From Myxococcota bacterium (GTDB lineage: Bacteria; Myxococcota_A; Bradymonadia; UBA7976; UBA1532): DNA of 32,471 bases. Every line of letters starts with the position of its first letter. Position 1 is the first letter of the stretch. A model generated the notes under the pieces. The model saw only the letters and a list, made by a program, of their open reading frames with translations, made no database searches and was not told the origin of the DNA. A program made the translations under genes and the position numbers. The DNA lies in NCBI GenBank assembly GCA_036337435.1, contig JAYZEG010000029.1, forward strand, positions 1 through 32,471, written 5' to 3'. Below, piece after piece: positions 8,672 to 18,207 of the stretch.

Positions 8672-10843
8672 ATGTTCCGACGTCCTAGACACCTGTTCGG
8701 CCTCCTCCTAGCTGTTTTTTGCTTCAGCTGCTCAAGCCGACCCAATGTAAAGAATGAGCCCGCCATGAGTATTGTTGATGAGTTTCCCATCGCTAAGCGT
8801 GTAGACCATACTTGGACCGAGCACGGGGTCCGCCGTCATGATCCGTATCATTGGATGCGCGATGATGAACGCAAAGACCCCCAGATTATCCAGTATCTCG
8901 AGCGCGAAAACCAATATACTGAGGCCGTCCTCGAGCCGACGAAGGCTTTTCAGGCAACGCTTTTCGAAGAGCTCAAGGGCCGTTTGAAGCCCAATGATGA
9001 ATCAGTCCCGACAAAAATCCGGAATTATTGGTATTACACCCGTTACGAAGAGGGCAAAGAGCATCCAATCTTCTGTCGTCGTAAAGGGGAGATGAGCAAT
9101 CCAGAGGAGATTATACTCGATGTCAATGAGCGCGCCGCCGAGCATGCCTATTACAAGGTCGCCAGCCTAAGCATTAGCGAAAATGAGCAGATTTTGGCGT
9201 TTGCTGAAGATACCGTCAGCCGGCGAATCTATACTGTTCGTTTTAAGAATTTGGAAACCGGAGAGCTTCTTGCCGACAGCATAGAAAATGTCGAGGCGGA
9301 CTTAGCTTGGGCCGCGGATAACCAGACGATCTTCTACGTGAGAAAGGATCCGAAGACTCTCCGCCCTCATTTGGTCAGGCGTCACAAACTCGGAACAACC
9401 GCAGAGCTTGATGTCACAGTTCACGACGAGCAAGATGAATCCTTCTATGTGGGGGTGAGACGAAGTAAGTCGCGTCGCTTTGTGATGATTGAAATGAACA
9501 GCACGCTTGTCTCCGAGACCCGATATATCGCTGCATCCAATCCGACCGATGAGTTCAGACCCGTGTTGGCTCGACAGAAACAGATGGAATACGATGTGGA
9601 GCATCACGGCGAGACGTTCTACATCCGATTAAATCAAGGCGCACCTAATTTTAAGCTGATCGCAGCTCCCGTTTCTGCCGCTGAGGACCGCAGTCAGTGG
9701 AGGGAGGTCATTGGACACTCTGCGGACTCGTTTCTTGCGGATTTCGACGTTTTTAAAAACTTTCTGGTTCTGGAAGAACGGCGAGAGGGCATGCGCCAGG
9801 TACGAACGATTCGCTGGTCAGATAAACAATCTGCGACTCTGCTATTCGAGGATCCTGTCCACGTTGTTTACACAGCGTCTAATCCCGAATTTGAAACGGA
9901 CGTGCTCAGATTGAGTTACAGTTCTCTGACGACCCCGACGTCCGTTTATGAACACAACATGGAGACCGGGTCCAGGAGACTACTTAAACAGGACGAAGTT
10001 CTGGGTGGGTTCGATTCAAAAAACTATGTCTCCGAGCGCGTATGGGTCACAGCGCGTGATGGCGAGCGAATTCCGGTCTCCATCGTCATGCGCCGAGGTT
10101 TCAAGAAGACGGGTGATAATCCGTTCTATCTCTATGCGTATGGTTCCTATGGCTATTCCATCGATCCGTCTTTTGCCAGCAGCTGGGTCTCTCTTCTCGA
10201 TCGGGGGTTTGGCGTCGCGATAGCCCATATCCGCGGTGGCCAGGAAATGGGGCGTCGATGGTACGATGATGGAAAGATGTTCAACAAGATGAACACGTTC
10301 ACCGACTTTATCGATGTGGCTGAACACCTGGTTACGGCGAAATACACGTGTCCAGAAAAGTTAGTTGCAGGTGGTGGTTCGGCTGGCGGTCTCTTGATGG
10401 GCGTGGTGGCCAATTTGAGGCCTGAGCTTTTTAAGGTCATCTATGCCGCGGTTCCATTTGTCGATGTTGTATCAACAATGCTTGATGACAGCATCCCGCT
10501 GACGACGGGCGAATACGATGAGTGGGGTAATCCAAATCAGAAGGATTCATTCGACTATATGCTCGCGTATTCACCCTACGACCAGGTCAAAGCGCAGGCC
10601 TATCCGCATATGATAGTGACAACTGGACTGCACGACTCCCAAGTTCAGTATTGGGAGCCCGCCAAATGGGTGGCTCGGCTGCGTCACAAAAGAACCAATC
10701 GGAATATTATCGCTTTAGACGTTGATTTGGATACCGGTCACGGGGGGGCTGCCGGTCGCTTTAAACGCTATGAGAAAACAGCGATGGTGTATGCATTCAT
10801 GATGTATATGTTAGACAACGATTTGACTCGATGGTCACTCTAG
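8672..10843 (+). CDS. ptrB: Oligopeptidase B (S9A), predicted lipoprotein
   Basis: DPYHWMRD, nucleophile GGSAGG, HDSQVQYWEP and GHGG. The start is placed at ATG 8672 (MFRRPRHLFGLLLAVFCFSC). Confidence 0.93.
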   Translation: MFRRPRHLFGLLLAVFCFSCSSRPNVKNEPAMSIVDEFPIAKRVDHTWTEHGVRRHDPYHWMRDDERKDPQIIQYLERENQYTEAVLEPTKAFQATLFEELKGRLKPNDESVPTKIRNYWYYTRYEEGKEHPIFCRRKGEMSNPEEIILDVNERAAEHAYYKVASLSISENEQILAFAEDTVSRRIYTVRFKNLETGELLADSIENVEADLAWAADNQTIFYVRKDPKTLRPHLVRRHKLGTTAELDVTVHDEQDESFYVGVRRSKSRRFVMIEMNSTLVSETRYIAASNPTDEFRPVLARQKQMEYDVEHHGETFYIRLNQGAPNFKLIAAPVSAAEDRSQWREVIGHSADSFLADFDVFKNFLVLEERREGMRQVRTIRWSDKQSATLLFEDPVHVVYTASNPEFETDVLRLSYSSLTTPTSVYEHNMETGSRRLLKQDEVLGGFDSKNYVSERVWVTARDGERIPVSIVMRRGFKKTGDNPFYLYAYGSYGYSIDPSFASSWVSLLDRGFGVAIAHIRGGQEMGRRWYDDGKMFNKMNTFTDFIDVAEHLVTAKYTCPEKLVAGGGSAGGLLMGVVANLRPELFKVIYAAVPFVDVVSTMLDDSIPLTTGEYDEWGNPNQKDSFDYMLAYSPYDQVKAQAYPHMIVTTGLHDSQVQYWEPAKWVARLRHKRTNRNIIALDVDLDTGHGGAAGRFKRYEKTAMVYAFMMYMLDNDLTRWSL

Positions 10844-11694
10844 TCGACTGTTGGTTCCGGCACTGCCCCGGTTTTGACTGAGGCACCATCTTCAGGTGCC
10901 CATCTCGCTGAACGTCTTGAAAATACGAGAAAACCCGTATGGGCGACCATTCGCTGTTCTGGTCTCAGGCTGTCTTCCGTCGCATGCCAGGGCCGCTCTA
11001 AGGTCTCCAAAGTCCATGTTGTGTACATAGACGGCTCTGCGCGTAGTGCCTTAACGACCTCGTGAATTTGTAAAACGGTTGGAACATAGGCCACGAAAAT
11101 CCCACCGTCTTTAAGTGCGTCGACTGCGTGGGCGACGACGCGCCACGGTTCGGGCACGTCCAAGACAATGCGATCAACGTCCGACTCGTCTATTCCTGCG
11201 TAGATGTCCTGGTGACGAATGGTATGATTCTCGACCTCTCCTAAAAACGTACTGATGTTCTTTCGGCTGCAGTTAATTGCATCCTGTTTTAATTCATAGG
11301 TCGTTAGGGTACCTGAGGTGCCAATGGCCCTAAGCAGCGATATGGCCAATGCACCCGAACCGAGTCCTCCCTCGATGACTTTGAGTCCGGGCCCGATGTC
11401 TCCGTGCATCAATATGGTCGCAATATCTTTTGGGTAAATGATAGTCGCATAGCGTTGCATATTAAGAACATGCTGCTGTAGCGTCGCCCGAAAAGCCTTA
11501 AAGGCATTGCCTTTCTTCGATTCGATTCGGTCACCATCAGACCGGCCAACAATATCGTCATGGTGTATGACGTTGCCATTTAAGTTCATGATTTTGCCTG
11601 GCTTCAAGATGACATAGGTTTCTCGTCGCCGGCGGTCGCTTAAAATGATGGGCTGACCGTATTGAAAGCCTGTCGTGTGATCTGTATTCTCCAT
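10840..11694 (-). CDS. trmI: tRNA (adenine58-N1)-methyltransferase
   Basis: IIYPKD, EGGLGSGAL, LDVPEPW, YVPTVLQ and RPEQRMVAHTGFL. The start is ATG 11694 or 11712. Confidence 0.92.
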   Translation of the reverse strand: MENTDHTTGFQYGQPIILSDRRRRETYVILKPGKIMNLNGNVIHHDDIVGRSDGDRIESKKGNAFKAFRATLQQHVLNMQRYATIIYPKDIATILMHGDIGPGLKVIEGGLGSGALAISLLRAIGTSGTLTTYELKQDAINCSRKNISTFLGEVENHTIRHQDIYAGIDESDVDRIVLDVPEPWRVVAHAVDALKDGGIFVAYVPTVLQIHEVVKALRAEPSMYTTWTLETLERPWHATEDSLRPEQRMVAHTGFLVFSRRSARWAPEDGASVKTGAVPEPTVD

Positions 11695-11802
11695 GCCTAT
11701 GGCGCCTAGCATGTGTAGAGATTAGGATCTAGTGGTCTCTTTCCTGTATTTGGTGCAAGAGGACCACGGTGTCCACCTCAAGCCAGAAAAGGGGTCGCTG
11801 AG

Positions 11803-12324
11803 ATGGTGGCAAAAAAGCTTAATTATAGGCCTGTTTACATCGGAGATTTTGACTTCTTATGGCAGTTGCATAGACAGGTCTACCACGCTCACGTAAACGC
11901 AATTTGGGGTTGGGACGAGTTGGAACAAAAACGGCGTTTCGAAGAGTCCTTTGCAGACCACGAGGCCGACCGCCGAATCATTGAAGTCAACGGTGAGGCT
12001 GTCGGTGAATTGGAACTAGAGCATCGTGCAGATGTGTTGTTTGTTGCCAATATTAAGATTCAGCCCGAGATGCAAAATCAAGGGATTGGCCGTGAAATTT
12101 TTCAGCAGTTAAAGCGGGTTGCCACCGACCGCCGTGAGTGTATCGAGCTGTTTGTTTTTCGGAACAATAGGCGGGCGTTGAATTTCTACAGAGAGCAGGG
12201 CTTCGAAGAGTTTGGACAAACAGCGAGCCACCGGCGTTTGCGCTGGACTGCTGTCCCAGGGCCGAGTGTCATGCCCGATGAGCGTGTTTCGGGGTCTCCC
12301 TGCATCCTGTCTGCGTGCGCGTGA
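11803..12324 (+). CDS. GNAT family N-acetyltransferase
   Basis: Acetyl-CoA motif A QNQGIG and N.RA..FY...GF. N-terminal IWGWDE..Q. Confidence 0.88.
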   Translation: MVAKKLNYRPVYIGDFDFLWQLHRQVYHAHVNAIWGWDELEQKRRFEESFADHEADRRIIEVNGEAVGELELEHRADVLFVANIKIQPEMQNQGIGREIFQQLKRVATDRRECIELFVFRNNRRALNFYREQGFEEFGQTASHRRLRWTAVPGPSVMPDERVSGSPCILSACA

Positions 12325-12341
12325 CGACTGCCAAAGCCTGC

Positions 12342-13004
12342 TCAATGGTCTCTCGCTTGGGTTCCCGTCCCAATTGGACATGAAACACCTGTTCCTCCGA
12401 GTCCACAGTAGCCGTTCGGATTCTTTGCCAAATATTGCTGGTGGTAGCTCTCAGCATAGTAGAACGCCTCAGCCGATTGAACTTCCGTTGTGATGACACC
12501 GTATCCCGCGGCACTGAGTCGCTCTTGGTAGCTGACTAGACTGGCTTTGGCGGCCCTCAACTGGTCATCAGACGTGGTGTAGATTCCGGACCTGGACTGG
12601 GTGCCTACATCAATGCCCTGTCGCATACCCTGTGTTGGGGCGTGGCTCTCCCAGAATGTGCGAAGAATGGCATCAAATGACACGCTGTCCGGGTCGTAGA
12701 CGACGAGCACGACTTCGTTGTGGCCTGTCTGTCCGCTGCATACCTCTTCATAGGTTGGATTAGGAGTGTAACCCGCTGAGTATCCAACGGCGGTGGTATA
12801 GACACCTGCCATCGTCCAGAATTTTCGTTCGGCCCCCCAGAAGCAGCCAAGCCCGAGAACCACGGATTGCATTGACTCTGGCCAAGGACCGCTGATGGGA
12901 TTTTGGTTCACAAAATGGATCGCGGGACGGGGCATTTCAGTTTGCCGTCCAGGCAAGGCTGATGCTTCTGAGACCATTTCAGCTTTTTTTGTCAAAAACC
13001 ACAT
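12342..13004 (-). CDS. msrA: Peptide-methionine (S)-S-oxide reductase
   Basis: [29 protein letters not shown] and [15 protein letters not shown] 13004 is preceded by GAGGAG. Three conserved residues are substituted (see findings). Confidence 0.95.
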   Translation of the reverse strand: MWFLTKKAEMVSEASALPGRQTEMPRPAIHFVNQNPISGPWPESMQSVVLGLGCFWGAERKFWTMAGVYTTAVGYSAGYTPNPTYEEVCSGQTGHNEVVLVVYDPDSVSFDAILRTFWESHAPTQGMRQGIDVGTQSRSGIYTTSDDQLRAAKASLVSYQERLSAAGYGVITTEVQSAEAFYYAESYHQQYLAKNPNGYCGLGGTGVSCPIGTGTQARDH

Positions 13005-13131
13005 GACAGACTCCTCGTCACTCTTTGATACACCAATGGTACTGGAATAGATGATGGATAACAGTGCAATGTGGCAGCCTGATTTAAAACGCAATTGCAC
13101 ATTCGAAAACGGTGATTAGTCTCACTGGTAT

Positions 13132-13161
13132 GGGACCGCACAAGCGCGGTCCCTTGAGGAG
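13132..13161 (+). promoter_or_regulatory. GC-rich hairpin abutting the clpB Shine-Dalgarno
   Basis: GGGACCGC (13132-39), 6-nt loop, GCGGTCCC (13146-53), then GAGGAG (13156-61) and ATG 13167. Confidence 0.4.
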
Positions 13162-13166
13162 TAACG

Positions 13167-15782
13167 ATGAATCCCGAGAGATTGACTCATAAAGCGCAAG
13201 AGGCTGTTGGCGAAAGCCACCAGTTGGCGACACAGCTGAAGTCCGCCGAGGTCTATCCGGAGCATTTACTTTGCGTCCTGCTGACGCAGACTGATGGGGT
13301 CGTCGTCTCGCTTCTCAGAGCGGCAGGACGAACACCCGATCCAATGCTAAAAGCTGCTCGGGATGCCCTGCAGTCCAAACCCAGAGTCCAAGGGATGTCA
13401 CAGCTGCATCAAAGCGGTGAACTGTCCCGAGTGCTGCGTGCATCCGATGCCGTTGCTCGAGGCATGAACGATGAGTACATTTCTGTGGAACACCTGTTTC
13501 TTGGACTTTTGCAAAACAAGACAACGCGGGCGTTGATTGAAGCTCATGGCATTGATGAACAGGGGGCTCTAGAAGCCCTGCAAAGTGTACGAGGGCAGAC
13601 TCGAGTGACGGATAGAAATCCGGAAGGCGCGTACGATGCCTTGGCGAAGTACACTCGAAATTTGACCGAAATGGCGTCCAATGGACAACTCGACCCGGTC
13701 ATTGGCCGAGATGATGAGGTCCGTCGGGTCATGCAGGTTTTACAGCGACGCACAAAGAATAACCCTGTCCTCATTGGTGAGCCAGGGGTCGGTAAAACCG
13801 CCATTGTGGAGGGGATTGCACAGAGAATTGCGACGGGTGACGTCCCCGAGGGATTGCGCGGTCGACATTTACTTTCGTTGGATTTAGGAGCCCTGATTGC
13901 CGGTGCAAAATACCGAGGTGAATTCGAAGAGCGGCTCAAGTCTGTTTTGAAGGAAGTCAGCGCGTCGAAGGGAGACATTGTTCTGTTTATAGACGAGCTG
14001 CACACCCTGGTTGGTGCTGGTGCAGCCCAGGGTGCCATGGACGCTTCAAATATGCTTAAACCAGCGTTGGCTCGAGGGGAATTACGCTGTATTGGTGCAA
14101 CCACGCTTGATGAATATCGCCAGCACATTGAGAAAGACGGTGCTCTTGAGCGGCGCTTCCAACCGGTTCTTGTCACCCAGCCATCAGTTCCAGACACTAT
14201 TTCTATCCTACGTGGCCTTAAGGAAAAATATGAAGTACACCATGGGATCAAAATTCAGGACGCAGCTCTCGTTGCCGCCGCAGGCCTGTCACATCGCTAC
14301 ATCGCTGACCGACAATTGCCCGATAAAGCCATCGACCTAATCGATGAAGCGGCCAGCCGAATCCGATTACAACTGGACAGCAGGCCTGCGGAAATTGATG
14401 ATATCGCCCGACGTTTAACACACTTGGAGATAGAACAAGTCTCCTTGAGACAAGACGCAGATCCAGCAAGCAAACAGCAAATTGTAGATGTTGATAGGCA
14501 AATCGAGACTCTGAGAGTCGAGTTCGACAGACTCAACTCAGTTTGGCAGGGCGAGAAGAATGCGCAGTTTGCAGTGCGCCATTTGAGAAGCCAATTAGAA
14601 GAAGCGAAAAGTGAATCAGAGCGCGTTCAGCAAGTATTGCCCAAAGTTGTCGATTACCAGGCTCGGGAACGAATGTATCAGCAGGCCGGCGAATTGCGAG
14701 CCAAGGTTCAAGGTCTTGAGCAGGACTTGGCTGTGGCGACGAAAACCTTGGATTCACTACAGGCTGAAAGTCAATTTCTGACGGAAGAGGTCACTCGATC
14801 TGATGTGGCACAAATTCTCGAACGCTGGACTGGTATTCCCGTTGATAAATTACTGGGCAGTGAGGCCGAGAAATTGGTCCAAATGGAACACGTCTTAGGT
14901 AACCGTGTCATTGGCCAGGAACACGCAGTCGCTGCCGTTTCTGATGCTGTGCGCCGAGCCCGAGCGGGTCTCGGCGACCCTGACCGGCCTATCGGGAGCT
15001 TCCTCTTCCTCGGACCGACAGGTGTTGGCAAGACTGAGCTCGTTCGCGCACTGGCGGATTTTCTGTTCGACGATGAAAGAGCGATGGTTCGGATCGACAT
15101 GTCCGAGTACATGGAACGCCATTCCGTATCGAGACTCATTGGAGCACCGCCTGGCTATGTTGGGCATGATGAGGGAGGTCAATTAACGGAAGCTGTGCGG
15201 CGACGTCCATACAGCGTGGTCTTGCTCGATGAAGTAGAAAAGGCGCATCCGGATGTCTTTAACACCTTATTACAACTCTTAGACGATGGCCGCTTGACAG
15301 ATGGCCAGGGCCGGACAGTTGACTTTCGCAATACAGTGGTCGTTATGACCAGTAATTTGGGCGCAGAATTGATTGGCATCGACGACTCAAAAGAGACCAT
15401 TGAAGCTGCTGTGCTCAATGCGGCCCGTGGACACTTTCGGCCCGAATTCATCAACCGTGTTGACGACATGCTGGTTTTTCACCGGCTTTCTCCTCGACAC
15501 ACCGGTCAAATCTTGGACCTCCAATTGGCCCGTTTTAGAACTCGACTTGAGAGCCGCCAACTCACTTTGGAGTTGACGGATTCGGCGGCCGAGTTCCTCG
15601 TCCGTCATGGACACGATCCTGTCTATGGTGCTCGACCGCTGAAACGTGTCATCCAGCGGTATTTGGAAAATCCAATCGCTAAAGGCATCATTGCAGGCGA
15701 CTTTAACGACGGGCAAACGATTGAGGCGACCCTTGAGACTGGGGGCGACTACCTGTCGTTCCGTTCGAAGGAGACGGGCTGA
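13167..15782 (+). CDS. clpB: ATP-dependent disaggregase ClpB
   Basis: N-domain repeats. NBD1 with [12 protein letters not shown] and GAKYRG. Long coiled-coil M-domain. NBD2 with [21 protein letters not shown] and GARPLKR. Confidence 0.95.
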   Translation: MNPERLTHKAQEAVGESHQLATQLKSAEVYPEHLLCVLLTQTDGVVVSLLRAAGRTPDPMLKAARDALQSKPRVQGMSQLHQSGELSRVLRASDAVARGMNDEYISVEHLFLGLLQNKTTRALIEAHGIDEQGALEALQSVRGQTRVTDRNPEGAYDALAKYTRNLTEMASNGQLDPVIGRDDEVRRVMQVLQRRTKNNPVLIGEPGVGKTAIVEGIAQRIATGDVPEGLRGRHLLSLDLGALIAGAKYRGEFEERLKSVLKEVSASKGDIVLFIDELHTLVGAGAAQGAMDASNMLKPALARGELRCIGATTLDEYRQHIEKDGALERRFQPVLVTQPSVPDTISILRGLKEKYEVHHGIKIQDAALVAAAGLSHRYIADRQLPDKAIDLIDEAASRIRLQLDSRPAEIDDIARRLTHLEIEQVSLRQDADPASKQQIVDVDRQIETLRVEFDRLNSVWQGEKNAQFAVRHLRSQLEEAKSESERVQQVLPKVVDYQARERMYQQAGELRAKVQGLEQDLAVATKTLDSLQAESQFLTEEVTRSDVAQILERWTGIPVDKLLGSEAEKLVQMEHVLGNRVIGQEHAVAAVSDAVRRARAGLGDPDRPIGSFLFLGPTGVGKTELVRALADFLFDDERAMVRIDMSEYMERHSVSRLIGAPPGYVGHDEGGQLTEAVRRRPYSVVLLDEVEKAHPDVFNTLLQLLDDGRLTDGQGRTVDFRNTVVVMTSNLGAELIGIDDSKETIEAAVLNAARGHFRPEFINRVDDMLVFHRLSPRHTGQILDLQLARFRTRLESRQLTLELTDSAAEFLVRHGHDPVYGARPLKRVIQRYLENPIAKGIIAGDFNDGQTIEATLETGGDYLSFRSKETG

Positions 15783-15914
15783 CTTGTCGCCAATCTTATG
15801 TTGGTTGGATGAGACGTAATCCAGCCCGAGAATTGAAGACGGCTCGTGTAGCTTAAGGGACTCGAGTAAGCTGCGGCGTAAAGAAACGGAACGGCCTTTT
15901 GGTGTTTGGAAAGT

Positions 15915-17012
15915 CTATTTACCGAAGTGCTTTTCAAATTCTCGGTCGACTAATCCAGGGTCGCCCAGGAATTCGAAGTGCATCGTGTCCTCAAGGCTGT
16001 CATGGCCAAGCCAATAGAAGCCGTACCTCTCAAATTGGACCACCCAGCAGACGGGCATGATCATCCGCTGCCAGGGTTCCTTTAAGTCTTTTCGCTTACA
16101 AAGCCGGTGGTTTCGCCATCTGGCCACGCACTTACAACATGTGTTTTCGGCTGGGTCGATGTCGATGGCAATGCCGTAGCAATGGTTTGAGACTTCCATG
16201 CCCCGAAAGCTGTTTCGAAAGCGGATGCCCGAAAGGCTACGCGGCTTGTAGGGAAACGAATTTTTCTTATGCTTGAGTTGGCACTCTCCAGGATACTTGT
16301 CCTTCGGTGTGCATTTACCATCTTCACAATGGTCCTTCAGGCGTTTCTCAACGCATTTAAGAGCGGGAATAATCCTCTTGTTAAGCTTCACATTAAGACC
16401 GAAGAACTTGGTTCTCCGTGCATTCTGCCTAGGGGTTGTCTTGTTCCATTTTCGTTTGCCATGGCCTTTGAAATAACCAAATTCGCGGGTCCTGTATTCA
16501 ACAAACTTACTGTGCTTTTTGTAGTTGCCGCGATAGGCAGAGCGAATTTTTTCTTTATCGTAGGTCTGTAGGATAGCCTTGCAAAATTCCCAGGTGACCT
16601 CCAAATTCCGATAATCGATTTGGTCCGCTTTTTTGGCCGACTTAGCTTTTTTCGACTTTTTGGACTGGTCCTTTTGAGTCGCTTTCGACAAGGTCTTCTT
16701 TGTTTTTTTACTCTTCGTGCTGGAGATGGTCGACACACCCTGTGAATCGCGGGTTGTGACTAAATTGCCTGCACTCTCGGTCTTTTCATCGGACTCATTT
16801 TGTCCAACCGCCTGAGCGTCTTTTTCTTTTTTAGACGTCTTTTTTGTGAGCGCAGTGTCGACACCCTTGTCTCCATTCACCTGAAGGTTGAATCCTCCAG
16901 GAGGCTTTCCCCGTTTTTCCGTTTCCTCTGCGCGGGCCGATGGCAGCATTGAGACGAGGGCGACCAAGCCCACCAGTAGACCATGAGTTATCAGTCCGTT
17001 CATCGTTGCCAT
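15915..17012 (-). CDS. Secreted M15-family (D,D-carboxypeptidase/endolysin-like) Zn peptidase with Lys-rich linker
   Basis: Signal peptide ending in ARA. Motifs SNHCYGIAIDID (SxHxxGxAxD) and DTMHFEF. K/S/T-rich low-complexity region after the signal peptide. Confidence 0.85.
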   Translation of the reverse strand: MATMNGLITHGLLVGLVALVSMLPSARAEETEKRGKPPGGFNLQVNGDKGVDTALTKKTSKKEKDAQAVGQNESDEKTESAGNLVTTRDSQGVSTISSTKSKKTKKTLSKATQKDQSKKSKKAKSAKKADQIDYRNLEVTWEFCKAILQTYDKEKIRSAYRGNYKKHSKFVEYRTREFGYFKGHGKRKWNKTTPRQNARRTKFFGLNVKLNKRIIPALKCVEKRLKDHCEDGKCTPKDKYPGECQLKHKKNSFPYKPRSLSGIRFRNSFRGMEVSNHCYGIAIDIDPAENTCCKCVARWRNHRLCKRKDLKEPWQRMIMPVCWVVQFERYGFYWLGHDSLEDTMHFEFLGDPGLVDREFEKHFGK

Positions 17013-17122
17013 GAGTTTATCCTATTACTGTATATGAAGCCTATTGGGGTCTGCGATACGTCGCACCGTCGAGTGGCCGGACGTTCCCATAACGTACTGG
17101 GGTCGGTGTCTATTCGGATGCT

Positions 17123-18136
17123 CTACTTTTTTTCTGAGGGCATGGCGTCGATGACCCGCAGATCTTTATCGTCTAGGACGCGGCCCTTCTTCATCAATGT
17201 TCGCAATGACGAAACGCGCTTTGACTTCAGCCATGCCTGAAAGTTAGGACCGGTCTGGTAGATGTAGTGATAGTGCACGCCGCCGTAAGGGAACGTATGT
17301 AAAACCTTGGATGTTTCATCGAATGGCAGTCCATTGACATTGTCCCGGTAGCGTCCATGGCCAAACGAGAAATAATATTCTGCATTCGACAGGTAGAGTG
17401 TCCTTACCGGTAGGGAGATCTTCGTCGCAAACTCTCCGATGCCCTTCATTGTTTTCTTTGCAGTGAGGTCACCGCGAACAGAGCGCACCTGTCCGCTCGC
17501 CCATAAGTTGCGTAGATACGTATACTGCCCTTGATCGGTCAGAAAGATGGGGATTTTCATTTTACGGTACTGTTTTCTCAGTTTCTTGAGATGACGACCA
17601 ACGCGCTCATGAGAATGTTTGAAGACCCTCGAGATTCGCTTGCCATCCCGCTCATTCTCAATTGCCTCACGAATCAGCTTTCGGCTGCTCTTCCGATTTT
17701 TCTTCTGCCAAAGTTCGATGAAAGCATCAGGGGTTTCAGCCTTTGCGAACATGACCGAATAGGCGCGATGCAAATCGACAATCCATTGGTCAAAATCCAT
17801 GAGGATCATCACTTTAGGTTTCGACCAGCCTGCAAAAATGTAGTTTTGCTCAGCACCGACGCCAACGTGAATGCCACCGATGTCGTTGATAGGCGATTTA
17901 AACAGGTAATGGCGCGTTTCATTGGATATGGTGTAGTGCATATCACGTGTGATCGCTTTGGGTCGCGGATCCGCTGGTATCGCGGCAAGTGCCTCAGCCA
18001 ACGCGGACGCAGCATCTTTCGCAGGTGCTTTTTCGCTTAACTGTGTGCCTGTTTTAGTTGTTTTACCTGTTGGCTGGGTCAAATCAACAGCGGGAGAGGC
18101 TAAAATGATCGCGGCGAGAAGAAATTGCATGATCAC
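17123..18136 (-). CDS. Exported basic hypothetical protein (resembles what I recall as the LIC_10091-like family)
   Basis: Signal-like N-terminus. Conserved-looking motifs ISNE, GGIHVGVGAEQNY, RGDL and YLSNAE. The start is GTG 18136 or ATG 18130. Confidence 0.7.
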   Translation of the reverse strand: MIMQFLLAAIILASPAVDLTQPTGKTTKTGTQLSEKAPAKDAASALAEALAAIPADPRPKAITRDMHYTISNETRHYLFKSPINDIGGIHVGVGAEQNYIFAGWSKPKVMILMDFDQWIVDLHRAYSVMFAKAETPDAFIELWQKKNRKSSRKLIREAIENERDGKRISRVFKHSHERVGRHLKKLRKQYRKMKIPIFLTDQGQYTYLRNLWASGQVRSVRGDLTAKKTMKGIGEFATKISLPVRTLYLSNAEYYFSFGHGRYRDNVNGLPFDETSKVLHTFPYGGVHYHYIYQTGPNFQAWLKSKRVSSLRTLMKKGRVLDDKDLRVIDAMPSEKK

Positions 18137-18165
18137 TGTCCGTCATAACAAAAAATATCGCCGCC

Positions 18166-18207
18166 ATGGTGTTCATACAGACGGGCTGTGTCAAGAATTA
18201 GTGACAC
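18166..18207 (-). promoter_or_regulatory. Putative sigma70 promoter with a palindrome over the -35 element
   Basis: Minus strand TTGACA (18194-18189), 17 nt, CACCAT (18171-18166). The GTGTCA-N8-TGACAC inverted repeat (18188-18207) overlaps the -35. Confidence 0.45.

Noticed and set aside
13115..13140. TTAGTCTC as a CIRCE half-site before clpB
   Set aside because: It does not match TTAGCACTC-N9-GAGTGCTAA and has no second arm.
15350..15390. LIGID after SNLG in ClpB as a ClpP-docking IGF/L loop
   Set aside because: IGI does not match [LIV]G[FL], the loop is short, and the long M-domain indicates ClpB.
13544..15469. Long antisense ORFs inside clpB (235, 122 and 96 aa)
   Set aside because: Typical shadow ORFs opposite a conserved chaperone gene, Ser/Arg/Pro-rich with no motifs.
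15915..17012. M15 peptidase as a prophage endolysin
   Set aside because: No holin, structural, integrase or other phage genes nearby, and the protein has its own signal peptide.
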